Notes: generated by a model not told the origin, from the letters alone. 64,000 nucleotides of DNA from Octopus sinensis (GCF_006345805.1 NC_042999.1:76260001-76324000), one strand, 5' to 3'; shown: positions 27,814 through 41,519, numbered from the stretch's first letter. Made by a program: numbers and translations.

Positions 27814-28258
27814 GGCGGCGACCTGGCATAAATCGCAAGCACGCCGGGCGAAATGCTTAGAGGTATTTTGTCTGCCACTACGTTCTGAGTTCAAATTCTG
27901 CAAAGGTCGACCTTGCCTTTCATCCTTTCGGTGTCGATTAAATAAGTACCAGTTACGCACTGGTGTTGATGTAATCGACTAGCCCCACTCCCCAAAATTT
28001 TAGACCATGTGTCTATAGTATGAAAGATTACTATCATTATTAAGGGGGCGGTGAGCTGGCAGAATCGTTAGCATGCCGGGCAAAGTGCTAAGCGGCATTT
28101 CGTCCGTCTTTACGTTCTGAGTTCAAATTCCACTGATTTCGACTTTGCCTTTCATCGTTTCGAAGTCGATAAAATAAGTACCAGTCGAGCACTGGAGTCG
28201 ATGTGATCGACTTACCTCCTCCCCCAAAATTTGAGGCCTTGTGCTGATAGTAGAATTG
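27814..28258 (+). mobile_element. Two tandem SINE family 1 copies (27814-28030 and 28046-28258)
   Basis: Complete head, B-box, core and tail, present twice. Confidence 0.88.
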
Positions 28259-28264
28259 ATTGTC

Positions 28265-28655
28265 TTGTATCGAACACCAGACACGCAAATTTGGTTGGCA
28301 CTGCTCTAAATGTATATGAAGCGGTGACAGGAGCAAAAATTGACCGAGAAATGTCAGGACTTGGAGAGAAAGATCCATGCCGTTCAATAACGACGTGGGT
28401 ACTGGACTGAGGGACCAGTTAAATTGCTCGGGGTTGGTTTGGATTGGTCCAGATGTGCAGGAGGAGAAGAACGGGAACGAGGTAACGGGAATGATGGCTA
28501 ATCTAACCCAGAAATAGGCTGATAGAAAGCTATCTCTGAAAGGTCGCGCAGAGGTGGCGAATGCTTACATCGACTCCGTAATATATTATCGCATGACTGT
28601 CATGCAATGCACCAGTTTACGTCTGACCAAAATGGAGCGCGTATTCTGCTTTCTG
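28265..28655 (+). mobile_element. Degraded L1/Tx1-clade LINE RT fragment
   Basis: Translates to YEAVTGAKID...WTEGPVKLLGV...GPDVQEEKN...DRKLSLKGRAEVANAYIDSVIYYRM with stops and frameshifts. The R-x-L-S-L-x-G-R...N motif is typical of the L1/Tx1 RT thumb region. Confidence 0.75.
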
Positions 28656-28948
28656 TTAGTTAGTTAGTTAGTTAATTTGGTTCAAAAGCAAATAGCAAGG
28701 CCATGTAGGGGGACATGGAGTTAAGTACAGGGTGGTGTTCATGTAAATAGTTCAGGCCACTTGAGGTCCAGGGAGGCTTTGAACAAAGCGGTCGTCGGCA
28801 TCTTCACCATCTCGTCTGGCAGCCTGTTCCACCGATCCGCAACCCGGACGGAGAAAGCTCCTCTCCTTCGATTGAGATGAAATCTCAATCGAAGGTAGAG
28901 CTTTTCGGAATGACCCCGTAGCCGACGCTCTGGAGCAGGAGTGAAGAA
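28656..28948 (-). mobile_element. 5'-truncated CR1-clade LINE 3' end
   Basis: PAPERRLRGHSEKLYLRLRFHLNRRRGAFSVRVADRWNRLPDEMV...FKASLD*, the CR1 ORF2 C-terminal motif (RGH..KL...FS.RV...WN.LP). Short 3' UTR and (AACT)n tail at 28656-28673. Confidence 0.85.
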
Positions 28949-29282
28949 GGCGCGCGTTCCACTGCTCAGGTCCTCCATTTGCTGTTGACTCTCACTTAAT
29001 GGAGGGATGAGCGAACGGGTCTATTGAAGCCTGAGCCACTGAATAGAGGGTAGAAGAAGAGGAGAGGATGCCTGCTTTAAAGATCAGGGCGATCGTGGTC
29101 TTTGGGAGGTTTCCACGAGTAGCCCTTCGTAGTCTCCCTTTTTTGGGGGTTTTAATTATTGTAACTTTCATCATCTTTTTATATGCTCTTTTTTGTATTG
29201 TATTGTGCCACTCTTTGTGTATTGTATCGTTCTATACTGTCCCCAATTTTTCCTGTATGAACCATCAGTGGTTAATAAAGAA

Positions 29283-29283
<1 letters not shown>
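28949..29283 (+). mobile_element. Probable LINE 3' UTR (L1/Tx1-like) ending in AATAAA and an (ATT)n tail
   Basis: T-rich region ending GGTTAATAAAGAAA, then (ATT)n. Same strand as the L1/Tx1 fragment on the other side of the CR1 insertion. Confidence 0.45.
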
Positions 29284-29322
<39 letters not shown>

Positions 29323-29449
29323 TATTATCATTATTATTATCATTATTATTATCATTATCATTATTATTATTTCAGGTACTGGGATCGATATGATTTAAAT
29401 ACAGCTTCCTCCGAACTTGCTGGCCTTGTGCCAAAATTATCATTATTAT

Positions 29450-30680
29450 TTACGACGTTGCACAGTATCCAATATTGTTCATTGAAGATATTGTGTCTAC
29501 TGGGGGTTTGTACTGTCTGTCAAGTCACAACAAGGGCTCCAGACAGACAGTACTTTACGCAATACGCATGCAGTTCCAAGTAATACCGATTTTTACAATA
29601 CACCTAGATTGTAGGGTATTTCTAAAGTGACCAGATGATTTTTCAGGTTGTGTGGTTTTGAGCCCAATGCTCCGATAATAATAGGAACAAACTTTATGTT
29701 GGACTCCCGTAGCTGCCACATCTTGGCGATCTTATTTCTTAGGTCTCCATATTTATCAACGTTTTCTCCTTCTTTCATGATAACATGTTGATCTCCTGGC
29801 ACTAATACGTCGGTTATTTGACACACCTGTTTGTCCCTCCTAAAGCTTACTATATCCGGCCTTCGGTGCTCTAACACCTTATCTGTCCGGAAGTCAAAGT
29901 TCCAGAGGAATTTTGCTTACTCCTTTTCGTCCATTGCTTTTTCTGGTGTATTAGCTTGTATCTATACTTACAGCATAGTGGCCAGTGAAGGTTTGGGGCT
30001 ACCTTGTCATATGTGCGCTTGTTCTCTTTCTGCGCAAGACTTTCACAAGCACTAACAATATGAGTCACACTTTCGAACCTCTTTCCACACATTCTGCAGA
30101 GGTTCGTTGCACTTGAATGGTCTATATCCCTTTTCACTGAGTTTCTATTTAATGCCTGGTCCTACGCAGCGATGGTTGGGCTTTCAATCTTCTTTTTTAG
30201 GTCATCCTTGCTGAGCCACCTCCATGATGCTTCGTGACCATGCATTTCTATGCGGAGTAGGGTTTCTTCTCTCTCGTTGGCTGTTCGTGATCGGAATTCA
30301 TGAGCACTCAGAAGACCGTTTTTAGTAAATCCTTCTGCTTACTGTAGCAGGCCTTGTTTGCTGTTTAGCAAATATTCTACCATGTTTCTCCTTTCACAGT
30401 TGGTGGACTCCTGTAGCTAATCAGCCTGCATCCACCTTTACACCTCTTCATGTAGAGCATGTGCACGTTCGCCCTACAGTGGAGGGCACCATGCATTGTC
30501 ATTGCCTTTCAAGTAGTGCGATCGAGTTGGATTATCTCCGCTTGAGTCCATTTCAGGATGGGTACACCATAGCGGACTACAGCAACAGCTCATATGATGA
30601 CAGCAGTTATAAGGTTCCATGAGTTGAGTTTTGATTTCAAGAGAAGTTTGAGGCGCTTTAAATATGCAGTAATACCTTGT
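29450..30680 (-). mobile_element. Degraded RLE non-LTR retrotransposon, a second R4/Dong-like family
   Basis: Fragments LCRMCGKRFESVTHIVSAC (CCHC) and RRPDIVSFRRDKQVCQITDVLVPGD...KYGDLRNKIAKMW...VPIIIGALG (RLE), with frameshifts. Flanked by (ATT)n tracts. Confidence 0.85.
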
Positions 30681-30703
30681 CTTTCATTTCAAATTATCAT
30701 ATT

Positions 30704-30768
<65 letters not shown>

Positions 30769-30769
<1 letters not shown>

Positions 30770-31326
30770 GAGTGAGAGAGCAGTGCATGCCATCAAAGTG
30801 GCATAGGGGTAAAACATACGAAGCCTAGTATACCCATCATGACAACTCATCTGATAAGGGTACGCTTGGCACATGCATCACAGCCATATGTGCGCGACAT
30901 GGTGATCTCATATCAAGATAAACAGCACATGACCTTGCAGGTGGGGCCCAGTTAGAATTTTCTTCTGGTCGAGTAACCCATCCCGCTCAAAAGGTCCCTG
31001 AATGAGGGTTGTTTAAACATGTTGAACAAAACACCCACATTTTCAGAGGTGAATTATTCAAACCCCAAAGAATCCCTCTCAACACATGGTGACGATGCTC
31101 CCCCACTAATTATGCTTGTGATCAGAGATGCACATATCGTCAGCCACTAAGAGACATGCTCAACTGGTTATGGTCGAACAACTGACAAGCAAATCTGTAG
31201 TATTGAGCAGAATATTTGCTGTAGCCTATCTTTTATACCAAGACAAAACAATATACATGATAACACTTCCAATCAGTTAAGATCAGAAGCCACGAGAGCC
31301 ACTGGCTGGTACAGTATCAGGGCATT
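30769..31326 (-). mobile_element. ~560 bp non-coding interspersed element inserted in (AAT)n
   Basis: A GC-richer non-coding block bounded sharply by (ATT)n on both sides. The minus strand ends ...CTCTCTCACTC(AAT)n like a retroposon tail. Strand and class are inferred. Confidence 0.55.
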
Positions 31327-31355
31327 TATTAATATTATTATTATTATTATTATTA

Positions 31356-31386
<31 letters not shown>

Positions 31387-32401
31387 TAGATAAAAAATTT
31401 GCATGGATTTTACACTGTAACTTACATTCCAGGAAAACTAGATTTATGATTAATACGCTGGAATAAATGTCAGCAAAAAAGAGAGTGTGGAAGTAAGAAA
31501 GAATGGTTAGGAATGACAACCCTCTTGCGCAAATTCTGCAGTGGAAATAGAGAAACACTTCATCATCCGCTGGTCAGACGCATAGAAGACTTGTTTGTAA
31601 TAATAATGGTAACATACATTACAATACAGTGGCGTCCTTGGCAATTTGAATGGGTGAAATAAGAAGCGTTGCTTTGAAAGAATTCAATATGGTATAAAAC
31701 GAAATGAAAAGAGGAAGTTGTACCATCAGAGAAAGAAATAGAAACAGTAACAGTTGCGAATTTGGATTATATTTGTGTAACTCAATCACAGCCATAAGAT
31801 GGGTTTCAAGTTTAGAGAATATCCACTGGAAGGGGAAATAAATTATCGATATTCTCAGTCCCATTGAGAAAACAAAAATTAACGCCAGTAAAAGAAAGTT
31901 TGAGAAAGTGCCAAGTAGGCTTTGTAATATGTGAATTAGTAGGAGAATGTAGAGTCTATGTGGAAATACAAGCTGGGTTGTAAAGGAAAGATAATTGTTG
32001 AAGGTGAAGTGTATAAAGATTCAGAATATTGTGTTATTCATGTACAATTGAAATAATGCTGTCTAAGTACTGCCGGGACTTTTGGAAACCGACAGAAACT
32101 CCAGTTACAGACGGTTAATAAGATTTTAGAAAACTGGCATCTTTTGCCAACTATGAGATGTTACTAAATAACAATAACAATAAGGAAGTGGTGATTAAGA
32201 AACTGAAGAATGAAAGACAATGAAAACAACGATGTTAATTATGGTGAAGGAGAAGGAGAAAGGGAAATAAAAAGAAAACATGAAGTTGTAGTGGAAGATA
32301 TGAAAATTCAAAACATTTGATAATCGAATAGAAAGTGACTTTGTCATAAATTCGAAAATATCTGGATGATATTTTCGAATATATATGGAAGTTATAGATA
32401 A

Positions 32402-33740
32402 CACTGGTCAACAAAAAAAGTATTTTAATGGTGTCGAGACACCAAACATCTATTTTAGCTAACTTGAGAGCGATGAATCTGAAAATGACCTTACTTTTTC
32501 TTGGTTGGCAACCGTTTTTGCTGTACAGAAATGCCACGTTTTGAGGGAGAAAAAGCATTTTTTTTCATTTGTTTTCTGTATATCTGATATTGATCAATAG
32601 CTATATTTCTCGAAGTAAATGCGTTTCTTTTGGTTCGGTCCCGAAACACCCACTGAGCAGAAGTAACATTCGTCAGAGTAGTTTTTGGCTCACGCCAGAT
32701 CATAGGCATAGCAAATCTCAGGGATTTTAGGGTACCTGAAGGCCATTTCTCATGTGTTCGAAACATGTCTTGCAAACAATGTAAGGGGCCGATGATTTGT
32801 CCTGATCATCAAGCTCGACATGAAAGTAAACACTATAGGCTTTCTTGTAAAAGTCAGATATCGGTTTCCTGTTGGCTTTCGGATGCATGTATTGTAAAAT
32901 AAGTTGGGGTCAGTTTTGGATCCTCTCGTTGAAGCCATGTCATTTGATATCTACCTCTATGATTAAATAAGAACATGAGCTGGTTGAGCATTTACATTAA
33001 ATCTTGCGTGTTCACATTTAGGTAATTCGATCTTTCCTAATGTCCTACGGAAAGACTCGCAATACTGTCAATAACAAAAGACAGAAAGAGTCGTTACGCT
33101 GACACTACTTCGTATCTTCGTAATCCAGCGTGGAGGGCAGGTGTTATGGTGAAACCATTTTCATGATGTTCATCATGTACAATGGAATAGGTGCATTCAA
33201 CTGGGATATCTTTAGTTGGAGTTTTTTTCCAACTGTGAAAAAAAAAAAGCTCTTAATGTGCTTGGTGTTCTTCCGTATTGAAGAGATAAAAGTGATGGGA
33301 TAAATTTATGAATACCAAACAAGATTTCTTAAGTTTCATTTTTTTCGATTTCACTTTAATTATCAGGTTTACTAAAGTGTATTACTGATAAAGTTGATCA
33401 GTTAATTTGTATTTTATGAATAAACTGGAAAAATTCGGTACTTCTATGTTAAAGGTTTTGACTTAAAAACACTTTTTTCTTATAAAAATAGTTTATTTCA
33501 GGTGGCTGACACAAATTGCTCGGCCTACCTGAAAATTCATGGGTTTCTACAACTTTTTTTAACTAAATTTTTCGTTCAGCCAAGATCGTAAATTGATCTT
33601 TTATCCAAAAATGTGCAATTTCAGTACAAAGCAAACGGTAGCTAACTATGAAAAACTAAGGTCATTTTCAGAATCAGCACCATCAAATTAGCAAAGACAC
33701 GTGTTTTGTTTCTTGGCACCAAAAATCGTGTCGACCAGTG
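32402..33740 (-). mobile_element. Internally deleted Chapaev3-like (CMC superfamily) DNA transposon
   Basis: Termini CACTGGTCAACA... and ...TGTCGACCAGTG with ~85-90 bp imperfect TIRs that share GCTAA.TTG...TCTGAAAATGACCTT. A minus-strand transposase N-terminus starts at ATG 32938: MASTRGSKTDPNLF...DQDKSSAPYIVCKTC...MPMIWREPK..SDECYFC (frameshifted). Confidence 0.75.
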
Positions 33741-34109
33741 AATTGCATTAACAGGCGAAGGAAGTAGGAAAAATACTCCAAAGGAAGTTTTATCGAAGAA
33801 ATAACAAATGAAATATCAACACTGACATTTTAACATGTACATAGGAAACGAGACTTCTTGGAGCAACAAAGGGAGCTTCTAGCGGGAGAGATGTTGGTAG
33901 TCAACTATCGCAGGGGAGAAATTCCCTTGTAGATTAAAACAATGCAGAATTTGAATTTTGAATCAAGAAGTTAAGAAGGCGCACATACTAGCATATGTGT
34001 GGCTGTGTGGCTGCTTCCCGATATTGGCTGTGTAATTTTCTTTGTCAACGAAGGAGACATAGAAAGAACGATAGAAGTGAAGAAAGAAAGAAAGAAAGAA
34101 GGAAAGAAA

Positions 34110-34141
<32 letters not shown>

Positions 34142-34488
34142 GAAGAAAGGAAGAAAGGAAGAAAAGAGAAAAGAAGAAAGGGAAAGGAAAATGAAGGTGA
34201 TAAATATGAAAAATTTATAGACAATGCGTAAGTCGAAATCATTGTAAGAAGTTATTGAATGCGAAAGTACGGCAAGAAGATTCTCTGCAGTGTTTATCAC
34301 CTGTAACCCGTACACATAATAAATCAACAAAAATCTAATCCCCTTAGTAAGCAAACTAACTGAAGAAACCACCAAGCAAACCAACTGAAGAAACGTCTCT
34401 CAAGTTATCTGCTTAACTTTGTTTAATATTGTATGCCACACAAACACACGCACTCACACATGCATGTACACGCACTCGCAAACACACA

Positions 34489-34519
<31 letters not shown>

Positions 34520-34551
34520 CACCACACACACACACATATATATATGTATAT

Positions 34552-34610
<59 letters not shown>

Positions 34611-37600
34611 ATATATATAATTACAAATTTTACTATTTCCGATGTTGAGTTTTCACATTTACCATATATATGCGAATTCAATGTATTTGTCATTGTCTTC
34701 ATACCTTTGAAATTTGTTACAATAACTTACAATGAAGATCTTTTTCACCCGGTATAGTTTCTAAGCATAGTGCAGTTCCCTCATATCCAGATACCCCCAC
34801 CATTGAAATGCATTCATATACACATACAAACGAACTCGAGTAAACGATTCGTATCCACGCGCAACTAGATAAGTTTTAATCTTTCACATATAACCTGAAC
34901 GTAAAATATAAATTGGATCTGCTACATGGTCGTACCGACAGATAAAAATAGCTGCAATATTTTACACAACTCTTACATACGCCTCTAAGTTACAAAGATG
35001 AAATACACATTAAAAATATATCTCTAGACAACATGTAATAAACTCAACGGCACGACTGGATTGCATTTCATCAATTGTACTCATCAATGGTTCTAAACAA
35101 TATCAGAGGTAATAAGATGCTGCGCCTTTCAACGCTAAGTTAAAACATCTTTTAAAACTGCTCATATGTAGGAAATTATTCTGCTGTTAAACGCAAGCGT
35201 CATAGACTGAGTCTAAAAGAAGGCCTTTCGATGGATTTCAGACCGTGTCTATAATACCGGCTGCTCTCTTAAGGGCCAGAATAGATCTTACTAACAATTG
35301 CTGACACTCAACAAAACTCAAATGGGGATCGTAATGGAATACTGTTCCCACATTTCGAATGGTGTTTCTTGATACCCACACAAACATCAAGAGTAATCCA
35401 AAGAAGGATTGCATCCAATGAAGGACCACTCAGGTGATTGTATTTCAATTCCTAAGTGACATTCTAGCTTCAAGCCCATAGGCTAGCAGTTTCTTTTTCT
35501 GCATCTTCTATTCCAACAATAATGGTTCATGTTACTCGGAGTTGTTTGGTGTCGTACCACTCAAGCTCACTCTTCCCTACATTTCCCTATTCTTTCCACT
35601 GATATCTCGTAGTTCATGACTTTCCTGCAGGTGTTGATCTGTGACAGTTCATCTGGAACATTGAATGTGCATTAACCCTTCATTCAGACTCAGTAAGTAA
35701 ACAAAAAAAAGTTACTACGATCCACTAAAATCTCCATCCCATAGATACTTTCAGCCCTCTCATTTTTCTCTTCTGATTATTTAAAAATGATCTTCCCTCC
35801 TTCGAACTCGTTGCCTACATACCCGTATGAGTAGAGCGAGAACTCATTATGAGAAAGAAAAAGAATTAAATATTACGTCAAAACTCGTTACAGTTATCAA
35901 TTATGAGACAATAAACATCTTTTTTTATTAATGAATTATCTGATGCTGCAAAATTTAATGATGGTTTGTTTTCGATTGAAGCACTAAATAAAATTAGTTG
36001 CTATTTAGTTCTAAGTAGGGCAAGTGTTCATCGAGAGGGCAGTAGGCTAAATTCTTTGAATATCGAGAATTTGATACTTTGTATGCCGCTATCGGTATTA
36101 CATTGTGTTTGTAGCAAAGCTGCTTATCTCTCAAGTAACCCAGTTCACGTAAATCTAAATACGTCCCTAATTTTGAGAACACAGCACTGTTCTGTAAAAC
36201 TTGATGAATTTTGTTAGCTTGCTGAGTTGCATTAGCCTGGTCAGTGTAACTCGCAAATTGCTTTGGACTATGGTTAGCTAACTTGCATGAGGCACTCCAT
36301 AATGATATTTATATCCGCCTAGTAGCCCAAGTGTTAGCTGCTACGTAATATGTAAGCAGCTAAGTATTGAGATCATAACTAAAATTTGCAAGTCTTACTA
36401 TTCCATTTAAATTTTATTTTAGAGATGTCGTGTCTATGTAGAGTTCTCATTAAGCAGTAGAAGCCGGTGTTGTTCAGAAGTACTTTATTAGTTGTTAAGT
36501 GTGAGTTCAAAACAGTTAGTCGGGGCAAAACGTTGTCATGAAGCTTCATAACGCAGTTATATTTAACAATTTCAGTATTTGTTTAACTGCTCCGTCACAA
36601 TGAGCTCAGTCGGAAGTATTTTTATCTATCTTAAATACAAAATTCGAAGTCTGCCATAGTACGAATTAATCTCATCGTATTTAGGTGTCGAACAAGCAGT
36701 ACAGAGAGTCTAGATAAGCTCACTACTTACTGTACATATTCGTCTACAAGACAATTATTTTTTTTTCAACTGGTTTTAAACATTACAGTTTCGTCTAGAC
36801 ATTAAAGAACGGCCATTAGTGACAAACATAACCTTCTATCATACCAATTTCTCTGTGAATTACGTGGTTATGGCGTGGTTAGTATGACAACTATTTTTAT
36901 GAGTGAAAGCCATTGTTCAAAGAATCGACAAGAGATATATTAATCTTAGTTATAGAGTCCTTATGAAGAAATATTTTTTTGTATATCGCAAAAAGGTCAC
37001 CTAACAAGGCCAACGAAGATAGTCAATTTCAGGATTTTCAAAGGCATTTCGAAAACTTATTGAAAGTAAACAATAACATTGGAGCAGATGGGGCGCAAGC
37101 TAAAGGAATTACCTTTAAAAGTTTAGAAAACTGACCGTCGTGACTACAGAGATTTTTGTCTTTGAAAAATTCTTTTGATCCATATCAAAGAGAAATATGA
37201 TAAAGTGCATTATTTTATCACAAACACTAATGGCTTTTTTTCCAAATTCTATAAAATGTTTAGTAATAAAATCTGGTGGCCTAAAACAGAAACAATGTCG
37301 ATCATCGTGCTAGATGTTTTATGACTTATAATATCTACATAGTAATTCAATTCGGTTTTGGGGCTTCCGAGAGTTCGTATTCTGCATGTGTTGCGTCTGT
37401 AACCAACAGAAGTAATTCTCAAGTGATTCAGTCAATTAATATAACTGTATATATGTACCACATAAGAGAATATTTTAAGAAGAAAAAGTGGCAAAGTACA
37501 GGAAAACTGACGAAAGTTTCGACAACTTTCGGATTGTTTAAAGGTTGAATATTTTAAAAGCTACAAGATATATCCAGACTTGTTTAGCCTATGGTTTGCG

Positions 37601-38478
37601 CAACTACCACGCAATAAAACTTATAGTTCCAAATTCTAACCATCTGTGGATAGCAAGAGAAATGATGGGAACTGGACTGCAAAAGGTTGATCAAAATGCC
37701 TAAAAATTTTTTCGGGCTTCTGAATTCATATTCCACAAAATATGATAACACATTCCATATCGTTGAAGTTAAAGTAAAAGCCAATTTACCTACTTTCTTA
37801 AAACCATAAATACATACAATATATGTAATATATTAACTGTAATTACTACTCTCCCTAAAATAATATTCAAAAGTCATAAGTATTTCTGATGGCTAGAATC
37901 TTGTCTGATTTTGTAAAGGAAAATGAATAGAGCTACAGTGGACAATTTATCGATTCCAAAGATAAGCAAAATTAAAGCTGACCTCAACATATTTGAACTC
38001 AGACTGATAGACATTGAAGTTGATATTACAATACATCTAAATTGATCTACTGCATCGTCGCTTCCACTAATTTTATCGGTCACATATATATATTTGTTTT
38101 GACAAGAAATTTGAATACTGCAAGGCATTTTTCCAAAAAGGCGAACGTTTTAGTGCCAGAAATTTTTTTTTTTTGACTAAGCATTGGACAAATGTTTTCG
38201 TCTCCGGGGTTGTATACAAGTTAACTGAGTTCACGATATAACCAATATTCATTTGTAACAATATTTGAGGGACAGGTTCCAAAGTGGACCATGACAGGGG
38301 TCAAACAGAGATATAGCATTATGAAATCAGATATGCTTTCGTTTTTTTCTGAAATCCCCAAAGCTTCTATCGACTGCAAACAGATTTCAAGCCCGAATAT
38401 TTATTGAGACAATGCTCAAAATTGTCTCCCATACTTGCTTTAAACCTGAAAACAATATTACTCATTGATTATTATTAC

Positions 38479-38538
<60 letters not shown>

Positions 38539-38560
38539 TATTATTATTTATACTATTATT

Positions 38561-38752
38561 GCACGCCGGGCAAGATTCTTAGTAGCATTTCATCCATCTG
38601 CACGTTCTGAGTTCAAATTCCGCCGAGGTCAACTTTGCTTGTCATCTTTTCGGAGTCGATAAAATAAGTACCAGTTGAGCATTGAGTTCTATGTAATCGA
38701 AGTACAGCCTTCCTCGAATTTGCTGGCCTTGTGCCAAGACTTGAAACCAATA
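38561..38752 (+). mobile_element. SINE family 1
   Basis: GCACGCCGGGC...GAGTTCAAATTCCGCCGAGGTC...AAGTACCAGTTGAGCA, following (ATT)n. Confidence 0.85.
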
Positions 38753-39237
38753 TTACTCGTTGATTGATATTGTGTTCTTCTTCATCATCACATATTTATT
38801 TTTAATTAGATTTGTAATGATCTATGTAAATCTAATTAGAAATGTGTTTTTTTTTAAATCCAATATAATAGTGTATTTTGTTACAAAATTTACAGTAAAA
38901 CGGGTCTCATTAAATGCGTGAATAAAAAAAAATCATACGTGTGTATTCTTTCATATACCCACGATACTGTTTGTACATAATCATATTCTGGTGATCGCTA
39001 TTTACTCCGCTCTACTTCTTTCTTAGAATCATAACATTTATGTTTAAAAGAGAGTGTGAACCCAGAATATATTCGCACACGAAACTAAATCTATAGTTCT
39101 GTAAACCTATATTTTTCAGCACGCCATTACGTTTTATAAATGTGAGAATTACTTTTCCAAAGACTGTTTCGTAATATTTCACGTAAAGAACAGTTATTAA
39201 AAATTATCTTGTTTGTCTACGTAATCTTTTTTTAAAA

Positions 39238-41340
39238 CATTATTATTATTATTATTGTTGTTTTTGTTGTCATCATCATTCTCATCATCATCGTCGTCGT
39301 CGTCGTCTTTTTTATTATATATTTAATTATTTATTTTACCTGTCAGCTATATGGTACAGATTTCCATATTTAGAGACCTCTTCGATGAACATTATATAAA
39401 TTTCAGAAATGAGACGAATGTAGTCAATACGTTGTGAAAGACTTTATTAGAGGCAATATGCTGCTTGCATCCGGGTCAGTGAAAGTTAATAAAGTGGATT
39501 AAAGAGCACACATCCTTTCATAAATAAATCATTAAAACCCTTTAGAAATACTAGGCTGTATTGATCCAATGTATAAATTTCAATATAACATTATATTGCA
39601 ATTACTGTGTTTCTACAAAGAGCCTAGAGGAATATATCGGTGGCAATATGCGTGCGGATTCCTCAGAGACAGACACGGCTAAGCTACATAGGCAGAGAGG
39701 GAGGGCGAGAGAGAGAAACAGAGAGAGAGGGGGTGAGAGGAGAAGAGGAAAGTGAAGAGAGTTCGTAAAAAGATATATAGATAGCTATCTAGGTGAAAGA
39801 GAGATGAAATATGCATGTGTGTATGTGGAAGTATACATGTATGTTTGCATGTAAGTATCAGAGATGGAGAGATGAGAAAGAAAGAGAAGTGCATATAGAG
39901 AAGATAGGAATAGAAACAGTGGTGGAGACAGGGATGGAAAAAGAGTTATAGTTGAAAAATAAGGGGGATGAGAGAAATAGAGATCAATAGAATGAGAACG
40001 GGTGGGGAAGAACTGTTAAATAAACAGATATCGTATTATAGGAGACGTGTAGAAAGGGGGAAGAGAGGGGATGGAAAATAGGGAAGTGATAAAGACGAAA
40101 TGACAGAGTGATTGGGTGATTGGAAGGTAGGAGAGTAGAGCGAAATGTAGGAGAGAAAGAGGATAACGGAGAACACAGAGGTATATCGAAAGAGAGTTAA
40201 GTTATAAACAGAGAGAGAAATTTATAAATATACAAAGAACTGAAAGTGTAGCACACACAAACACACAAGACATACACACGCATACATTATTATTATTATT
40301 ATATTATTATTATTGTTGTTTTTGTTGTCATCATCATTCTCATCATCATCGTCGTCGTCGTCGTCTTTTTTATTATATATTTAATTATTTATTTTACCTG
40401 TCAGCTATATGGTACAGATTTCCATATTTAGAGACCTCTTCGATGAACATTATATAAATTTCAGAAATGAGACGAATGTAGTCAATACGTTGTGAAAGAC
40501 TTTATTAGAGGCAATATGCTGCTTGCATCCGGGTCAGTGAAAGTTAATAAAGTGGATTAAAGAGCACACATCCTTTCATAAATAAATCATTAAAACCCTT
40601 TAGAAATACTAGGCTGTATTGATCCAATGTATAAATTTCATATAACATTATATTGCAATTACTGTGTTTCTACAAAGAGCCTAGAGGAATATATCGGTGG
40701 CAATATGCGTGCGGATTCCTCAGAGACAGACACGGCTAAGCTACATAGGCAGAGAGGGAGGGCGAGAGAGAGAAACAGAGAGAGAGGGGGTGAGAGGAGA
40801 AGAGGAAAGTGAAGAGAGTTCGTAAAAAGATATATAGATAGCTATCTAGGTGAAAGAGAGATGAAATATGCATGTGTGTATGTGGAAGTATACATGTATG
40901 TTTGCATGTAAGTATCAGAGATGGAGAGATGAGAAAGAAAGAGAAGTGCATATAGAGAAGATAGGAATAGAAACAGTGGTGGAGACAGGGATGGAAAAAG
41001 AGTTATAGTTGAAAAATAAGGGGGATGAGAGAAATAGAGATCAATAGAATGAGAACGGGTGGGGAAGAACTGTTAATAAACAGATATCGTATTATAGGAG
41101 ACGTGTAGAAAGGGGGAAGAGAGGGGATGGAAAATAGGGAAGTGATAAAGACGAATGACAGAGTGATTGGGTGATTGGAAGGTAGGAGAGTAGAGCGAAA
41201 TGTAGGAGAGAAAGAGGATAACGGAGAACACAGAGGTATATCGAAAGAGAGTTAAGTTATAAACAGAGAGAGAAATTTATAAATATACAAAGAACTGAAA
41301 GTGTAGCACACACAAACACACAAGGACATACACACGCATA

Positions 41341-41343
<3 letters not shown>
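39238..41343. repeat. Tandem duplication, period ~1057 bp
   Basis: 39238-40284 is repeated at 40285-41343, with junctions in (ATT)n. The ORF track shows duplicated ORFs offset by 1057. Confidence 0.95.
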
Positions 41344-41385
<42 letters not shown>

Positions 41386-41519
41386 ACCTTGATTCGAATG
41401 AATCCTACATATAATTAATTAATTGATTATACATTTATATCCATATTTATATATACATATATACGTATACACACACATACATGCATATATAATATATATA
41501 TATATATATAATATATATA

